A DNA stretch of 64,000 bases from Paramecium tetraurelia (Eukaryota): positions 496,001-560,000 of the forward strand of contig CT868649.1 in NCBI GenBank assembly GCA_000165425.1, given 5' to 3'. Positions within the stretch are counted from its first letter, which is position 1. Each line of letters opens with the position of its first letter. This document shows positions 16,374-31,261 of this stretch, in pieces. Made by a program: the position numbers and the translations under genes. The notes under the pieces are model-generated. The model was not told where the DNA came from, searched no databases, and saw only the letters and a list, made by a program, of their open reading frames with translations.

Positions 16374-17010
16374 ATGTCTCTATCATTGTAAATTCATGCT
16401 GAAAAACGATAGTAATTTGTTTGCCAACAAGTTAATGGGCTACAAGCTCTATTTCAAAAGTGGACCAATACCAACAATCTTAGTGAAGATATTAATTAAT
16501 CCTCCTTAATAGAAGAGTAAGTCACTTAAAGCAAAACAGCCACAAATAATTCTCATTTTTAAGGTTTCCTAACCTGCTTACTTTCATTGAATAACGACCA
16601 ACTGAAATGCTAAACTATCAAATCCCTTTAATAAAATTTTGACTACATGCATTAAGTTCTAGAAAATGAGCTTAAACTCTATCAATAACGCCTAATTACC
16701 AGGGATCTAAACCAATTAGAAGAAAAGAAAGGTCGTCAGTTTTCAAAAAAGTCTAAAATAATTCTTAAAGTGTGGTTGTATAGACATTTTTCATATCCGT
16801 ATCCAACAAAGGAATAAACAATATAATTGTCTGAGAAGTGAAATCTTACATGCAAATAGGTAGTCATTATAATTTAACAATTAGATTTAAATTTGGTTTA
16901 TAAATGCAAGAGTTAGAATAGACAACAAAATTTATGAGAAAAAGAAATTTAATAACATTGTAAAATACAAATACTTCTCAATTAATAAGCCTTAGGTGAA
17001 GCTCAGATGA
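16374..17010 (+). pseudogene. TALE-class homeobox gene with one in-frame TGA (nonsense allele/pseudogene, base error or readthrough)
   Basis: Open from ATG 16374; ILKVWLYRHFSYPYPTKEQTIQLSEK*NLTCKQ, 25-nt intron 16860-16884, IQIWFINARVR; internal TGA at 16839-16841. Confidence 0.75.
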
Positions 17011-17236
17011 TGAAATTATATAGATCAAAGAAAAATAAAAATTCTATTTCGTTCTATTTTATAAAGTTTGCTTCTTAAATAATCTATCACCCATAGAAAT
17101 TTATAAATCTCTAAGATATAACTTCAATATTGTAAAATAAAAAGAAATTTCATTTCCCAAGTTTAAAATTAATAAATCTTCTACATATTGGAAGAATAAT
17201 TTTATGCATTAAATAATTATAAATATAAATTAATTA

Positions 17237-18766
17237 TCAAGATAAGTAGGTAAATTCCTTTGCTTTAAGTTCATATAATTTTGAATTATTCATTCTTATT
17301 TACTACATTAAATCTGTCATCTCCTATTTTATGTTCTATTTTTGCTATTCAGATAATTAAGTATTCTTAGAGAACTACTAAAATAATGTTTAGTAATGAT
17401 TATTTAATCGAAATGCTTCTTTTTCTACTTCGATTATTTAGGAAAGCAACAATTTATATTCAACATCTCTAGTTGATGTTTATGGTTACTACTAAGGAAC
17501 CAAATCATTTTATGAATGAGATGTAGTTAATTACAATGTCTTGTCATTATGTAAAGCATGATAAATTTCTTTCTTATCATCATCATTTAATTCAGATTCT
17601 TCCTCATAATTTCTTCTCTCTCCTTCTAATTTTTAAGACAAATCTTAAATTTAAAGGTTAAATTAATTTATGAGTTCATCGTTCATCTATTTTAATTGTT
17701 CCTGTTGAATTTACAATTATTCTAATTAAGATTTCAAATTTATTAACTCCTGATCTTTAAAGAGGAGTTATTATTTTAACTGTTTATTTAAATCTTCTAA
17801 ATCTTCTATTATTTGTTCTTCTTCCTACAACTATTGATGATAATCACTGTTTTTATTTCTCAATTCTTGCATTGCACACGATACTTCTTCTTGCACTTAT
17901 TACATTTAAGATTCGAAGAAGCTCTTTATATCTGTATATTATTTTTACAGCTTTTAGATCTCTAGTTTTTAATGATGTACAAGATCCTTATAAGTTTTTT
18001 CTAGTTCCTTTATTTATTCCTACTAATCTTACTTTTCTTTCATCAATATATTGTTTTGGTTTTTCATTTCTTGATATAGTTTTTATTAATACTGTAATTG
18101 TTTTTCATACTATTATTCATTATCTTCCAATAATAATCTCTGATCCAATTTTAGTTTATTAAGCATTTATCTCTCTTTTCTTAATTCATCGAGAGTACTC
18201 TAAAGTAGACCATCTTAATCACTCCTGCAAACTTCTATGTTCTTAAATCGTTCATTTTGAAATTGCATTTATTATTTCATTTCTTCTAATTATAATTTAT
18301 ATTATCGATTGAGTTGGTCGATGCATTAATCCTTTTCTTATTTTAATTGATTTAGCTATAGTTCATAGGATTGTAACAATTATTTATGATCTGAATCCAA
18401 AACAACATACTGCTATTATAGATTTTAATAAATTGAATTGATTTCATTAATAGTGCTTTATTAATTTTAATAGTTTTTTAACTGCTCTTTCAAACTATCA
18501 TTTTCTGTTTTAAGTTCAATATTTTTTTTTTATAGGGCTTGTAAAGCTTATATTTATGAGTTGCTTCTTTAAGTTGTCTTGTCGGGCGTTTAAATTCTTG
18601 TGTGATAATTAGATCGCTAATCGTTTGAGATTGAAAATGAATTTTCCTTGTTGGTAGAATTTTAAAGGTTAGGCAAAGGAGCTATTTAAGCCATATATTA
18701 ATCAAAGATTTTTTGAACTTTCACACTGCTGCTTCTGATAGAGCATGTTGATGTGTCGTTGTCCAT
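17237..18766 (-). CDS. Coiled-coil protein
   Basis: Q/E/K/L-rich frame from MDNDTSTCSIR to ...EFTYLS*. Confidence 0.75.
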
Positions 18767-19942
18767 ACTTATTACTTATTTAATTTAAATAATATTTTGA
18801 GAAATTTTATACTTTATTTCTTTAAGAAGTCTATATAAAACAATTTCGGTCAAGTTACATTATAAAGATAAGTCTAAATTAAAATTTTGCTCATATTTTT
18901 TGATTCATTTAGATATTCTTATAGACCTTTCTATATAAAAGATTTTTAATGGTAGAAATTACAATGAATTAATAGAACATTCAAATAATTTAATCTATAT
19001 TTAAAAGATATAAAACATTATATTACATTTATGGTTCATTTATAAAATAGAAATCATTTATTTAGTTTTAGAATGATAATATTATTATTAAAATTGTAAT
19101 AAAAATATTGCTTCATCTTGTAAAATGTAGAATATAACTATTATAAGAAGTATAAAATATATAATAAATATCATTATGAAAGAAAAATAGATAAAGCTTA
19201 ATTTAAAGAGTAATTAAGAATGAATTAGAATAAAGACTTTTAATGTAGATATTATTAAGATTTTAAATAACAATATTGACTGTGGTTGAAATACAATGAT
19301 ATAATATCCAAAAAAATTTAGATCTTATAAATCCTAAGCAACATAGACAGAATATGAAAGATGATAAGAAAGTAGTCTTCTGTGAAAAGCAAAGAAAATA
19401 CTTTGACTTTTGAGTAATCCACACCTTGACTATCATTTAGAAGGTAGAATATTAAAGAAGATAGCGAAGTAATTTAGAAATAATTTTAATTGTTGTTCCA
19501 AATTTATAATTTAAAAAAGTAGAAGTTCAGAATATTTTTTATCTATTTTATTGAAATTTTAAAGAACTAGTATAATTCAAAAGGAATACATTAAAATTCA
19601 ATGGTGGAACATGGTTCTTTCTGGTTTGATTGAATCAATTGAAGAATGTAAGCAGACATATAATTTTAGTTTCAATGATGAATTCCTTTAATTAATCAGA
19701 GATTCAAATATGAAATAATTTCATTTGATTAACTCAAACCATATCAATTTGAATCAGATCAAAAAGAGAGGTTTAGAGGCTTGTATCAAAAAAGGAAGTG
19801 GATGGTTGAATTAAGATACAAATAGCATGTTCATCAAAAGCATGCATAAATTATTCTCTTAAAAAATAGTAGATTTGAGAATTCTTCTTTGTTTAATGAA
19901 AAATGGTTATTTATAAAATAATGAAGTTATTATTCTATGAAA

Positions 19943-20423
19943 TCAAATTATTTTTCTTTTGTATTTATTGTGAATTGCACTAGAAAGAAGTTTTTTTTAT
20001 GAGGATTATATAATTGTAGCAGGCTTCTTTCTAAATCCCATATTGCTGGATTATAAAGTTCGAGTTTAGGGTATTAATCTTATTGTTTATGAAAAATTCA
20101 ATTTACTTTTTTGGTGGGGTTAGGTGTGTTTCCACTTCATCTTCCCAATCTTGATCATCTATCTCTCTTTAGAACTTATTTTTAAAAAAGTCAATGGAAA
20201 GCTGAGGGTCTTTAAGCAATTCTTCCTATTCAGACACCGTAAGTAATTGATTAATGTCCATCTCAAGGGTTTCTTTAGGAAGTAGATTAAACAAATTATT
20301 AAAGGACTTTTTGATCCACATCTTGGAATTGTTAAAGTTCTATAGGTTAGATTCCTTGGCTTCTTCGATCAAAATAATATTTGTTTAAATTAGTTCTTTG
20401 AGTATAGACTTGTCACAATTCAT
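19943..20423 (-). CDS. Hypothetical protein (about 160 aa)
   Basis: Code-6 frame MNCDKSILKELIQ... read to a TGA near 19943; exact 3' boundary or frame not confirmed. Confidence 0.55.
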
Positions 20424-20472
20424 GTTTTAAATTTAAATCAATAATACAAAAATTATTAATATTTTAATTATA

Positions 20473-20775
20473 ATGAATGATACGATAGATAATGAATTGT
20501 GTTTCCAAGAAATGAAGGAAATCGAGAAAAAAATAACCAAATACTTATGTGAATAGTTAAAACTAGAATAACTCACAGATCCTCTTATGAAACAATTGAA
20601 CTACGAAGACGCAAAAAAGAAACTAGTATTCTCCTTAAGATCTCTTGATTCTGACACTGAGACATCAGATAATATTTCAAGTACCCCAAGTAATCGATGC
20701 TCCTTACAAATGGCTCGATCTCCTCTCATTCTAAAAAGGTTGAGTACTTCCATCTCAGAATAACTCTAATAATGA
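20473..20775 (+). CDS. Hypothetical protein (100 aa)
   Basis: Intronless code-6 ORF MNDTIDNELCFQEMKE...SISEQLQQ*, divergent from the previous gene. Confidence 0.65.
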
Positions 20776-21530
20776 TTGTATATATATTTTATTGTTTAAC
20801 TATTTCATATCGATAAGTCTTTTCATAATATGTAGCTGATACTGTTATTTTTAAACATAAAGCATTTAAGAAAAAAATTATTTCCATTTTTAGCTAATGA
20901 GAATCTTTGAGAACTATTAAAGAAGTTGTCAAGAATATTTTTGAACTTAATTAAACTTAAAAATATCCAGAAATTAGTTTATATTTGCCATCTTTTCTAG
21001 TAAGAGACATAACAAAATTTTGCATAATTTAACCATTATAGATAGTTAAAATTGCTACAGATTCGAATAATCAGAAGATAATTTTTAAATAGGTTAAAAG
21101 TACTGGAATCTATTTGATTGGAGAAATTATATTAATATTTCTTAGGAAAGAAGTGCAAATCTCACCTAAATTCAATTAAAATAAAAATTCTTTGTTTACT
21201 CAATATACTATGTATTAATATGTTGCTATTAAATTTTATATTTTTAATCTAAGTTAAGTGGTAGTTGTTAATCAAAATGGTTTAAATTTATTCCCTTTAT
21301 GTTATTCTTTATTATAAAATTATTCCAATTAAAATCAAACTTGAGAATTTTATATAATTTTGGAGGGACTCAAAAATTTATTAACTATGTATTTAAATTA
21401 AACTATATTTTATTGGTTTCTTTATTAGATTGAGTTAAGTAACATCTATATAATTATGAGATGATATGATCTCATTTTTATTCAGTATATTTATAGGAAA
21501 TAAGATTAAATACAATTTTATTATTAATTT

Positions 21531-23067
<1,537 letters not shown>

Positions 23068-23094
23068 GTCCCCTAGCCTCTTTGGCTAGGGGAT
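23068..23094 (+). promoter_or_regulatory. Perfect GC-rich stem-loop directly after the TrxR stop (SRE-like candidate)
   Basis: TCCCCTAGCC (23069-23078), loop TCTTT, GGCTAGGGGA (23084-23093), plus a closing G-U pair. Confidence 0.7.
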
Positions 23095-23179
23095 GTTTTA
23101 AACAAAAACTCCGCCTAACCGTTAATAGAAGTATTCTGAGGCTAATTTCTAGGAAGAAAGACATTTGTTTGTTTGAAAA

Positions 23180-23247
23180 TAAAACAAACTCAAATGAAAC
23201 ATTTATTGGAAATAACAATAAATAAATGTTGAAAAAAGATGTTTTTT
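23180..23247 (+). promoter_or_regulatory. SECIS element in the TrxR 3'UTR
   Basis: ATGAA (23194-23198), ACATTTATTGG, AAA (23210-23212), AATAAATGT, TGAA (23230-23233): GA/GA core, 9-10 bp helix II, apical AAA 11 nt from the core; AAACA/TGTTT as helix I. Confidence 0.8.
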
Positions 23248-23650
23248 GGAATTGAAATTTGATTAAGAGTATTTCTCAATAATATTTTACAACATTATAA
23301 TTTAGTTTACTATTTCAAAGAAGAATCCAAATTATAATCAATAAACAAGAACAATAAGAATCAGTCTGATAGTTTTGCTAGATTATTCTTACTTCTATTA
23401 CTAATTTATATGTAGTATCCCAATGTTAATTAGATCTATTATCATATTTTGCTAATGTTTCTCCAGATCAATAACACTGTATTCTATTTAATCTTGCCGT
23501 CATGAAATTCTAATTAAATTTTATAGTTCTTCTGAATTAATAAACAGGAATGAACTTAAAATCTGCTAATTTTTTGATGTATTTTGCACAAAAAGTATTG
23601 TATAAACTAATAAATAGGGATTTAATTTTATAAATAATTCATATAATAAA

Positions 23651-26600
23651 TCAAGTGCTCCTTATTGAATTAGTATTCTAAACATCTAATGGTCTAACTT
23701 ATGTTGATTAGTTTCTCTTAATTCTCCTTCTCTCTTAAATCAAGAAATAAGCCAGGTATATTAATGTACAACCAGTAAAAATTAAAGATATAGCCCAGCC
23801 AACTTAAACATTTTTGCTAGCCATAATAATGAATGCCCCAAAGTAGAACTAAGATAAATAATTATAATTACATAGCATAGAATCAGTAATAAAGATCTGT
23901 CTACTGTATTAAACCATTTAATATAGCAAGGATCAAGTTTGAAATGGAAATAAACTAAGCCACTCATCACAAAAAATGAGAAAAGCATTTAGTATAAATA
24001 TGCAGATTCTTACAAATTAGAAAATACTGAGCTTGATCCTAAAATCAATAGTTTTGCTTGTATGTATAACACTACAAAGTTTGATTTGTATTTAAGGTCT
24101 AATGAACGATCCATAAACTGAAAAGTAGGTTGCAAGTATGTTGACAAAGGATAGTAAATTCCACAGCCTACAATTGCAAAAGTGATATATAAAAAATGTA
24201 GATCACTCATACATTCTACTGAGGGTTGTCTTACTAAAATGTATGGATATTCGCTATAATCACAAATAAAGGCATCAATGTATGTCTTCATTACAAATAT
24301 AAATTGTCCACTAATCACTTAAATGGTTTTACTCAACCAGAATCTTAAACTCTTAATTCCTGCTATTGATCCATCATCATCAAAACCAAATGAATTATCA
24401 GCTATTTATTTACTAGCTTTTAATCCTAGAACTATATAAGCAATACTCATCACCAAAGCCATAAAGAAGAAAAAATTGTATTCACTCCAAATTGCTGAAT
24501 AATCTACCATTTTTATAGGTTTGAATTCAGATCCTTTTCCAAACCAACCTACTTGAGAATCAAATGCTAATGTTATTAATCCATATAGATCGTAGCATCT
24601 TAAAAACACAGCCAAACAATTTGTGATTGTAATTTGGAAATGAAATTCTTATTCATTAGCTTTTCTGTCAAATTTATTAAATTCATCAACTAAGCAATTG
24701 CATATTTTTGGAGCTATTCTATTCCAATCCTCACTTATGGGATTGGGTTTCGGTTCAATAGGAGTAATTTTGCTATATAGGTCTGCTAATTGATTCATAA
24801 TGTTTTAAGTATATTTTTTGGGTGTTATCCAAATTGCTGTATGAATGCATTTACATACTTTCCAAATCCGCTTTTCACAACCATTAGGTTCCTTCATTCT
24901 GTACTTATTTTCTGTTTCTTTTAATTGTTAATTGTATTTCTAATTAAGCCTTTCATATTCTTCAGCATTTCCATCCTATTCTGCATGTATATCTCCTATT
25001 TTGTTGAAACATTTTCTACTCTCATTAAACTTCTCAGTTTTGGTTAAATTTTATGATTAAATCATACTCTAAACATTAGTGAAACTAGGTAGTGATGGAT
25101 ATAATTCAGGATATTCCTTAATTAAACGATGGAAATTACTTACTGCTTACTTTTTAAGAATTTCATCATAGGATTATTGTTTGTCTTTAAAATTATCGTA
25201 CAATAACAAACCAAAATCTTCGTCTGATATTGTAAATGCTTCATTTTTCTCCTCATAGCTTGAATATTGTTTTAATATCTCAGGGTCTTTTTCAAGTGCT
25301 AAGATCTCTAACAGTCTTGTAAAGTCACCTTACTTTAAGAACATGTTGTAAAGAGCTACCCAAAATCTTTCTGCCTTTTATCCATATAATATATTGCTAA
25401 ATTAATCTGAATATTTGGGATCTTAACGTATCAAAGTCGATTATCTTCTCTCACTCCCTATTCTAGCTCTGTATTTTATTCTTTATTCTTCCATCATTTT
25501 TAATTTATCTAATTCTAATTTTTCTAGTTTTTTATTAGTTTCATTTAATTCCATTTACTCTAAATCGTAAAATCCAAATCTGCACAATAAACAAGAGAAT
25601 AAACAATCTTGTAATTGATATAAAATGCCATGATGTTCTTCTTTATCTTGTTATTTTTTTGTATCTGCAGAAGTTAGAGATTATGTATCCGTATAATTTG
25701 CACTCAAGGACTTTCTTATTTTTTCTCTTTTATTCTCTTAAATTTAATCTAATTTCATTTTATTTTCATAATCTTGTTTTGTCACCAGAATGTTTTTTAT
25801 ATTATGATTCTCACTGGGCTCTGGATGCTCATACATATTGATTGGATCGCCTTAGATTAAGTCTTTCTCTAACTTTAACGTATTCCTATGTTGAACATAT
25901 CTGACAAATAATAAAGATGAAATCTCTTCAGTTGCATAAACGCCATTTTCAGCAAATTCATGCATTACCATTTTGAGTACTTCCTTCTTTTTCATTTCTA
26001 ATTGTTCTTTGTTTAACAAAACGGAATAAAATATAGACAAGACTGTTACACTAATGATAATAATTAAAATGGAATAAGCAACAGCTAATTAAGCAAATAA
26101 CGCAAATTCTGGAGATGAATTTTCAAAATAATCAGCAAGAATTGGAAATACAGTTCCAATAGGACCTATTATAAATGTCCAACCTACTATGACTACAAGG
26201 GGTTGGATAAATTATTAATAGTTGACTGATTCTTGTTTCAATGAAACCTAAAACTTGTAATATAACACTGCCAAAGGAACTCCAATTGAATTTGCTAATA
26301 AAGCATTCTTTGCTACTTCACTCTCAACAGATAGACCTATTGGTAATAAGACGATAAATGGAAGTATAATGCCAACTGTAGTACCATCCTAAATTCTATT
26401 GGTGATCTTCTAAGTATAAGTTAAATTCTATTATAAATCAATCTCTTCTTGAGTTCTCTCTTTTACTTAAAGAGACAAGGCATTACTTGTCAAAATAAAT
26501 AAGACTGTATGAATACTCAATAAACCAATGATCTAAAAAATATAATTAATAATTTACTGTTCCTTTCTTTGTTCCTGTGGCTGTGGCTGGTTCATTCCAG

Positions 26601-28379
26601 GCAAAATAACAAATCAAATAAAATGATATGATATAGCATATAGCATTATACCAAACCGCATAATTGTTTAGGTTTATGTACTCAAAAGGAAGAAACTATA
26701 GGTTTTCTGCCTACTAAGGTAATTTAACCAAATAGATTAACACGATAAAAATATAGTAAATGACAAGGAGTACTATTGGAATCAGTCCAATACTAGCTAA
26801 CACAAATGCACCTATTTCCAAACCAGAATCATCAAAATATTCAGAAAAGGTTAGGAAAATTCCAAAAGGAAGGGCAAAGGAATAACACGAGAAAAGGGTT
26901 ACAAATAGTTTCTAATTTCTTTTTTCTGATCTAAAAAATCCAACTGTAAGCCACATCAATGAGATTAATAATGGGCATATACCTATTAATCTTGAAATTG
27001 ATTTTAAGTATTAGTTCTCAATAGTAAGACTCCATACTTTAATACAAATCACACTGAAAATAGCACCAAATAGCAAAGGTGTGTATAAATATATGTTCTA
27101 CCTTTTGAATCTTGAATTGCTTAAACATATTCCAAGAATTATGAAAATTGGTATTGCCATGAGTAAAAATCCGAAAGTAATAATCTATTCAAAATCATAG
27201 GATTATAATCCAATTATTAGATTAGCATAACAAAAGATTTCTATGACAGCGTAGGAAATAGCGAATAAAATTGGCACAACATAATTGAGTTTTAATTTAG
27301 AAAAGAATTTGTTAGCCTTTTAGTTCATTCGATAATTAGTGTATCCATTTCTAATTTCTTGATCCGCATACTTTTATTACGAAAGCTAGTATAAGTCATA
27401 TTTAATTGTTTTCTTTTTTAAATCGAACAATCCTTTAATCAAGAAAATTGAAAAAAATAAAAGTACTAAAAAGGTAGATGGTGCAACTATTGAAGTAATG
27501 TTATCGACAATATATTCTAATTTTGTCGATTAAACCAATATTATAAAGGCTACTATTTTGAAAAGAATGAAATAGGACACTAATACACAGAAGCTGCAAT
27601 TAAATAAGGTAGCCAGGATAGCTGATGAGACTTTTTTTATAAAAATTAAAAATCCTCTATTTATAAGTGAGTTTATAAAAATTGCAAAACTTACTATGCA
27701 ATATCCTATACCTGCATAATCTTACGAAAATCCATCGTAATTTCCAAAGAAATTAAGATGGTATCCTACGAGTACAAATAATGGAATTATTATTAAACAT
27801 ATAAACAAAAGTATCCAAATTAAAATTTTATTTATTTGTTAACATCTAAAATTCTAATAAATTCTTACATTTATGAAGAGATTGTATACAAAAATGCGTA
27901 GACAGGCAATTAATGAGCTATTTATTTGCGTATTTTATCATTTTGTATGATTGAGCTGTTTTCGATAGCCTAGATATAAATTCTAATTATACTAAAGATT
28001 CTGAGAGAACACTAAAAAATGTACTCCAATAGACAATTGTAATTATGAGTTAGTTAAGATCAAATGTAATTTTAAAGTTATTGTGAGTACATGTGAAAAA
28101 TTGGTTAAATCGTTCTTCATACTCATAATATTTTTGAAAAATTTATTCTACATAGTTTAGCTATTAATTATTTGGTAATTGTTCCCTTTACTATAACAGA
28201 GAGCTTAATTCTTAGGCTTCATCAGTGTCTGGCACAGAAAATTTCAAATTTTAGCCTTACAATCTAATCACTATTTATTGTCGAGTTATTTCTTAATCCT
28301 TATTTATGATAATCTAGTATTATGAATCCCCTTCGGTTGGCTTGTATATGTGATTGTTTGTTCTCTCTTAACTATTCAT
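23651..28379 (-). CDS. Large multi-pass membrane protein with a central soluble coiled-coil region
   Basis: Many hydrophobic segments near both ends (e.g. FLYITFAIVGCGIYYPL) flanking a charged loop; no family recognised. Confidence 0.7.
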
Positions 28380-28433
28380 AATTTATAAAATTTTTAATAT
28401 TTCACATTTAACATTTAAAAAAATAATATGAAT

Positions 28434-29904
28434 TCACTGTCTTCTAGTCTTAAGTACTTTCTTTCGGTTGTAATATTCTTATCTGTGTTCCTTGGTCATT
28501 TATTAGTTGACTTTGTCAGCTTTTCTTTGTAATTCTATTAGTTTAAATCACAAAATATTACATTCTTCATACTCCCTATTTGCCTTATCAATTAAATTCT
28601 TTTCGTTCAATTCAAAATATTCTAACAGTTCCGCCTTAGTAACATTACCTCTAGCAATTTCTTATTAAATAATCTTTTCAGCTGAAGACCCTTTGTAATT
28701 ATCCTAAAGATATTTGCTAGTAGAATCATGCAGCCACTTATCTAATTTTTCCTAATCTCCTTTTTTCATCTCATATTTCATTTCATCTTTCTCTATTCGA
28801 CTTATTTGTTCCTTCATTAGTTTTATTTCTTCGGATTCATCATTTTTTTCTTAACCTAAAATTTCTCCTTCCTCCAATAATTCATTTGATTTTTCATCAC
28901 TTACTAACGCCTTTTCTATTTTTTCAATGACTTCCTATCCCTCCTTGATGTCCTCCTCCACAGAATTAGTATTAGGAGTAAAGCTTAATTTGCCATTGTA
29001 TCTCGCAATCAAGATCATTTACTGTTGGTATTCAGTCAAAGGACCTGGAACAATGAAGAGAGGATATTTTTCCCAATCTATGTTTTTATATCTTGAATTC
29101 TATTTTATTTCATCTATCTAACTTTAAGTAACGGCAATCTAATGCTTTGAAGCATATTATAAGAACTCCAATATTTCCAAGTCTCTTTCAGCTTGTGTTT
29201 AAAAGCTAGGAGGAACCTCCTCCTCCAATATTTCATTATCTTGAAAATTGAGAACTTTCTAAAAAAAGTTTGGATACTTCAGATATTCATCTCTCTACTT
29301 AAATCCTAATCCCAAATAATAATGTTTAAGGAAATCTAATTTAGCTGTTTAGGGCCTAACCTTTATTGTTTCTCGGAAAAAGAGATTAATAAATTTAAAG
29401 TTCTATTCCTCTGGTAAACCCTCTCGTGCTTTTATCAACATAGTTCCACCTGTTTTTAAAGTCTTTAATGCTATATTCAATGCAATTCTATTTAATCTGA
29501 TTTATTCAAAATTATCAATATCTCTATCATTTTAACTTCTGCTTTCTAAATTTGATATTATCTATATTCTTAATTATTCTTACTAAATCAACAGGTTTTA
29601 AATCAAGTTATTTTTAAAGCTTCATTATAGTTTCCTTTTTATCTACATCTCCTTAAATGAAAATGACTCCATCCCTGCACCTTTTTGGTAATTAAACTTC
29701 ATCAATTGCAAATACTTTTGGATCTTCCCGATTTGAACCAATTGTTTTTCTCAATGTTTCCGTCCAATGACCCTAATTTAAATAAATATTTACTGAGCCA
29801 GAACCCAATTCAATCACGGACATCCCCTTCTTTAGAAGTCCAAATCGAGCATTCAGTTCTGTTAAAATTGAGGAATTATAATACCGCAATTTAAAAATAA
29901 ACAT
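28434..29904 (-). CDS. Divergent FtsJ/RrmJ (MRM2-like) methyltransferase-fold protein with a long C-terminal extension
   Basis: LNARFGLLKKGMSVIELGSGSGHW, VFAID, GVIFIQGDV, VDLIISN, LKTGGTMLIK, YYLGLGFK. Confidence 0.8.
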
Positions 29905-30087
29905 TAATATAAATAAACCCACAATTAAATTATTTCAACCCCTTCCTTTTAAGTATGTTTTCCAATTAAACCATTATCGATTCTAAATAAGTTCTCTTAT
30001 TCTTATTGTAAATTAAACGTAAAATATGATTTAAAAAATAAACAAATGGTATGATAGTAAATTAATTATTAATGATTGTTAAAATGA

Positions 30088-31234
30088 TCAATATAACCCA
30101 TTCTTCTTTGCATACGGATTGTTTTTTTGATGATTATCATAGTTTTTTTGTTTTTCATCTTAAGTAAATAAACTAAATGTGCTAACATTCGAGTGAGCAA
30201 TTTAATAAGCTAATATTCAATAGATTATTTTACATGCTCCACCACCATTATAAGCAAGTCTTCCATATCCAACATCATTTTGAGAACTTTTAGTAGATTA
30301 CTAATATTACTTTTAAGGCATTTAAGTAATTGGAGACTTTTAAATCATCTTTGTTTATTATTATTCAAAATTAGGTTACTTGTGTGTTGTTTTAACACTT
30401 TATGAATAACCTTATAAACTGAACTATTATTATTATTAAGATTATGTTTGTTTTTAATATTGCTACTTAGATTAAGGTCGATAATTGCTTGTTTGATACT
30501 AATTATATTTCCCACTTTTCGTAGTTTGTTACTTATTTTACATTCCATAAGATGAACCATATTATTGATGACCGAAAGGATTGCCTCTCCCTTCTGCTAT
30601 TTCTTACTATCTAACTTTCCTCATTTCCCTTAAAGCTTATTAAAATTCAAGATGCTGTTGTTTCCATTTCCCTGTTTTTTTTGGCTTTAAATATTTGGCA
30701 GCCCTTTTGTTCTATTCCTATTACTATTCTTTAATCTTTTAGATATCTGGTTCCGGTCCTATGCAAACAGATTCATGTTTTCTGATTCTATCAGGGTTAA
30801 ATCAACTTCCACATTTTCTGCACTATAAAGTTATTTAATACATTTACTCCAACAAGAGCCATGACTTATTAGGGTTATTCATATAAGACCTACTATGACT
30901 TTTAACCAACCTTGGTTCCACCTTATTACCTAACTTATTTTTCCTAGTCCAACTTTTATAAAACCTACTATGCTAAAATCTATCGAATATGTATTAATAC
31001 TCGTGGGCATGTATTATCTATGGCCAGGATCCATATTCACTAGATCATTTTAATACTTTTTGATGCAAGTTTTTTAATGAATTTCTAGAGAAGCAGTTCC
31101 AAACTCTCTGCCACATATCGTGCCTATAAATTACTCTATTCTGTACAAAGTAATGATTTTGGTCTGGCTGCGAATCCTCCTCCATTCAAATAATTCAAAT
31201 TGATATCATTTGTTTTTTAATTATTTTTTCTCAT
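30088..31234 (-). CDS. C2HC zinc-finger protein (ZC2HC1/ZNF474-like)
   Basis: CTICGREFGTASLEIHQKTC and CRKCG..FNPDRIRKHESVC. Confidence 0.8.
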
Positions 31235-31261
31235 TAATTTATAATTATAATTTTTTGGCAA

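Noticed and set aside
17007..17100. SECIS downstream of the homeobox TGA
   Set aside because: ATGA is present, but I could not form a helix II with a matching GA.
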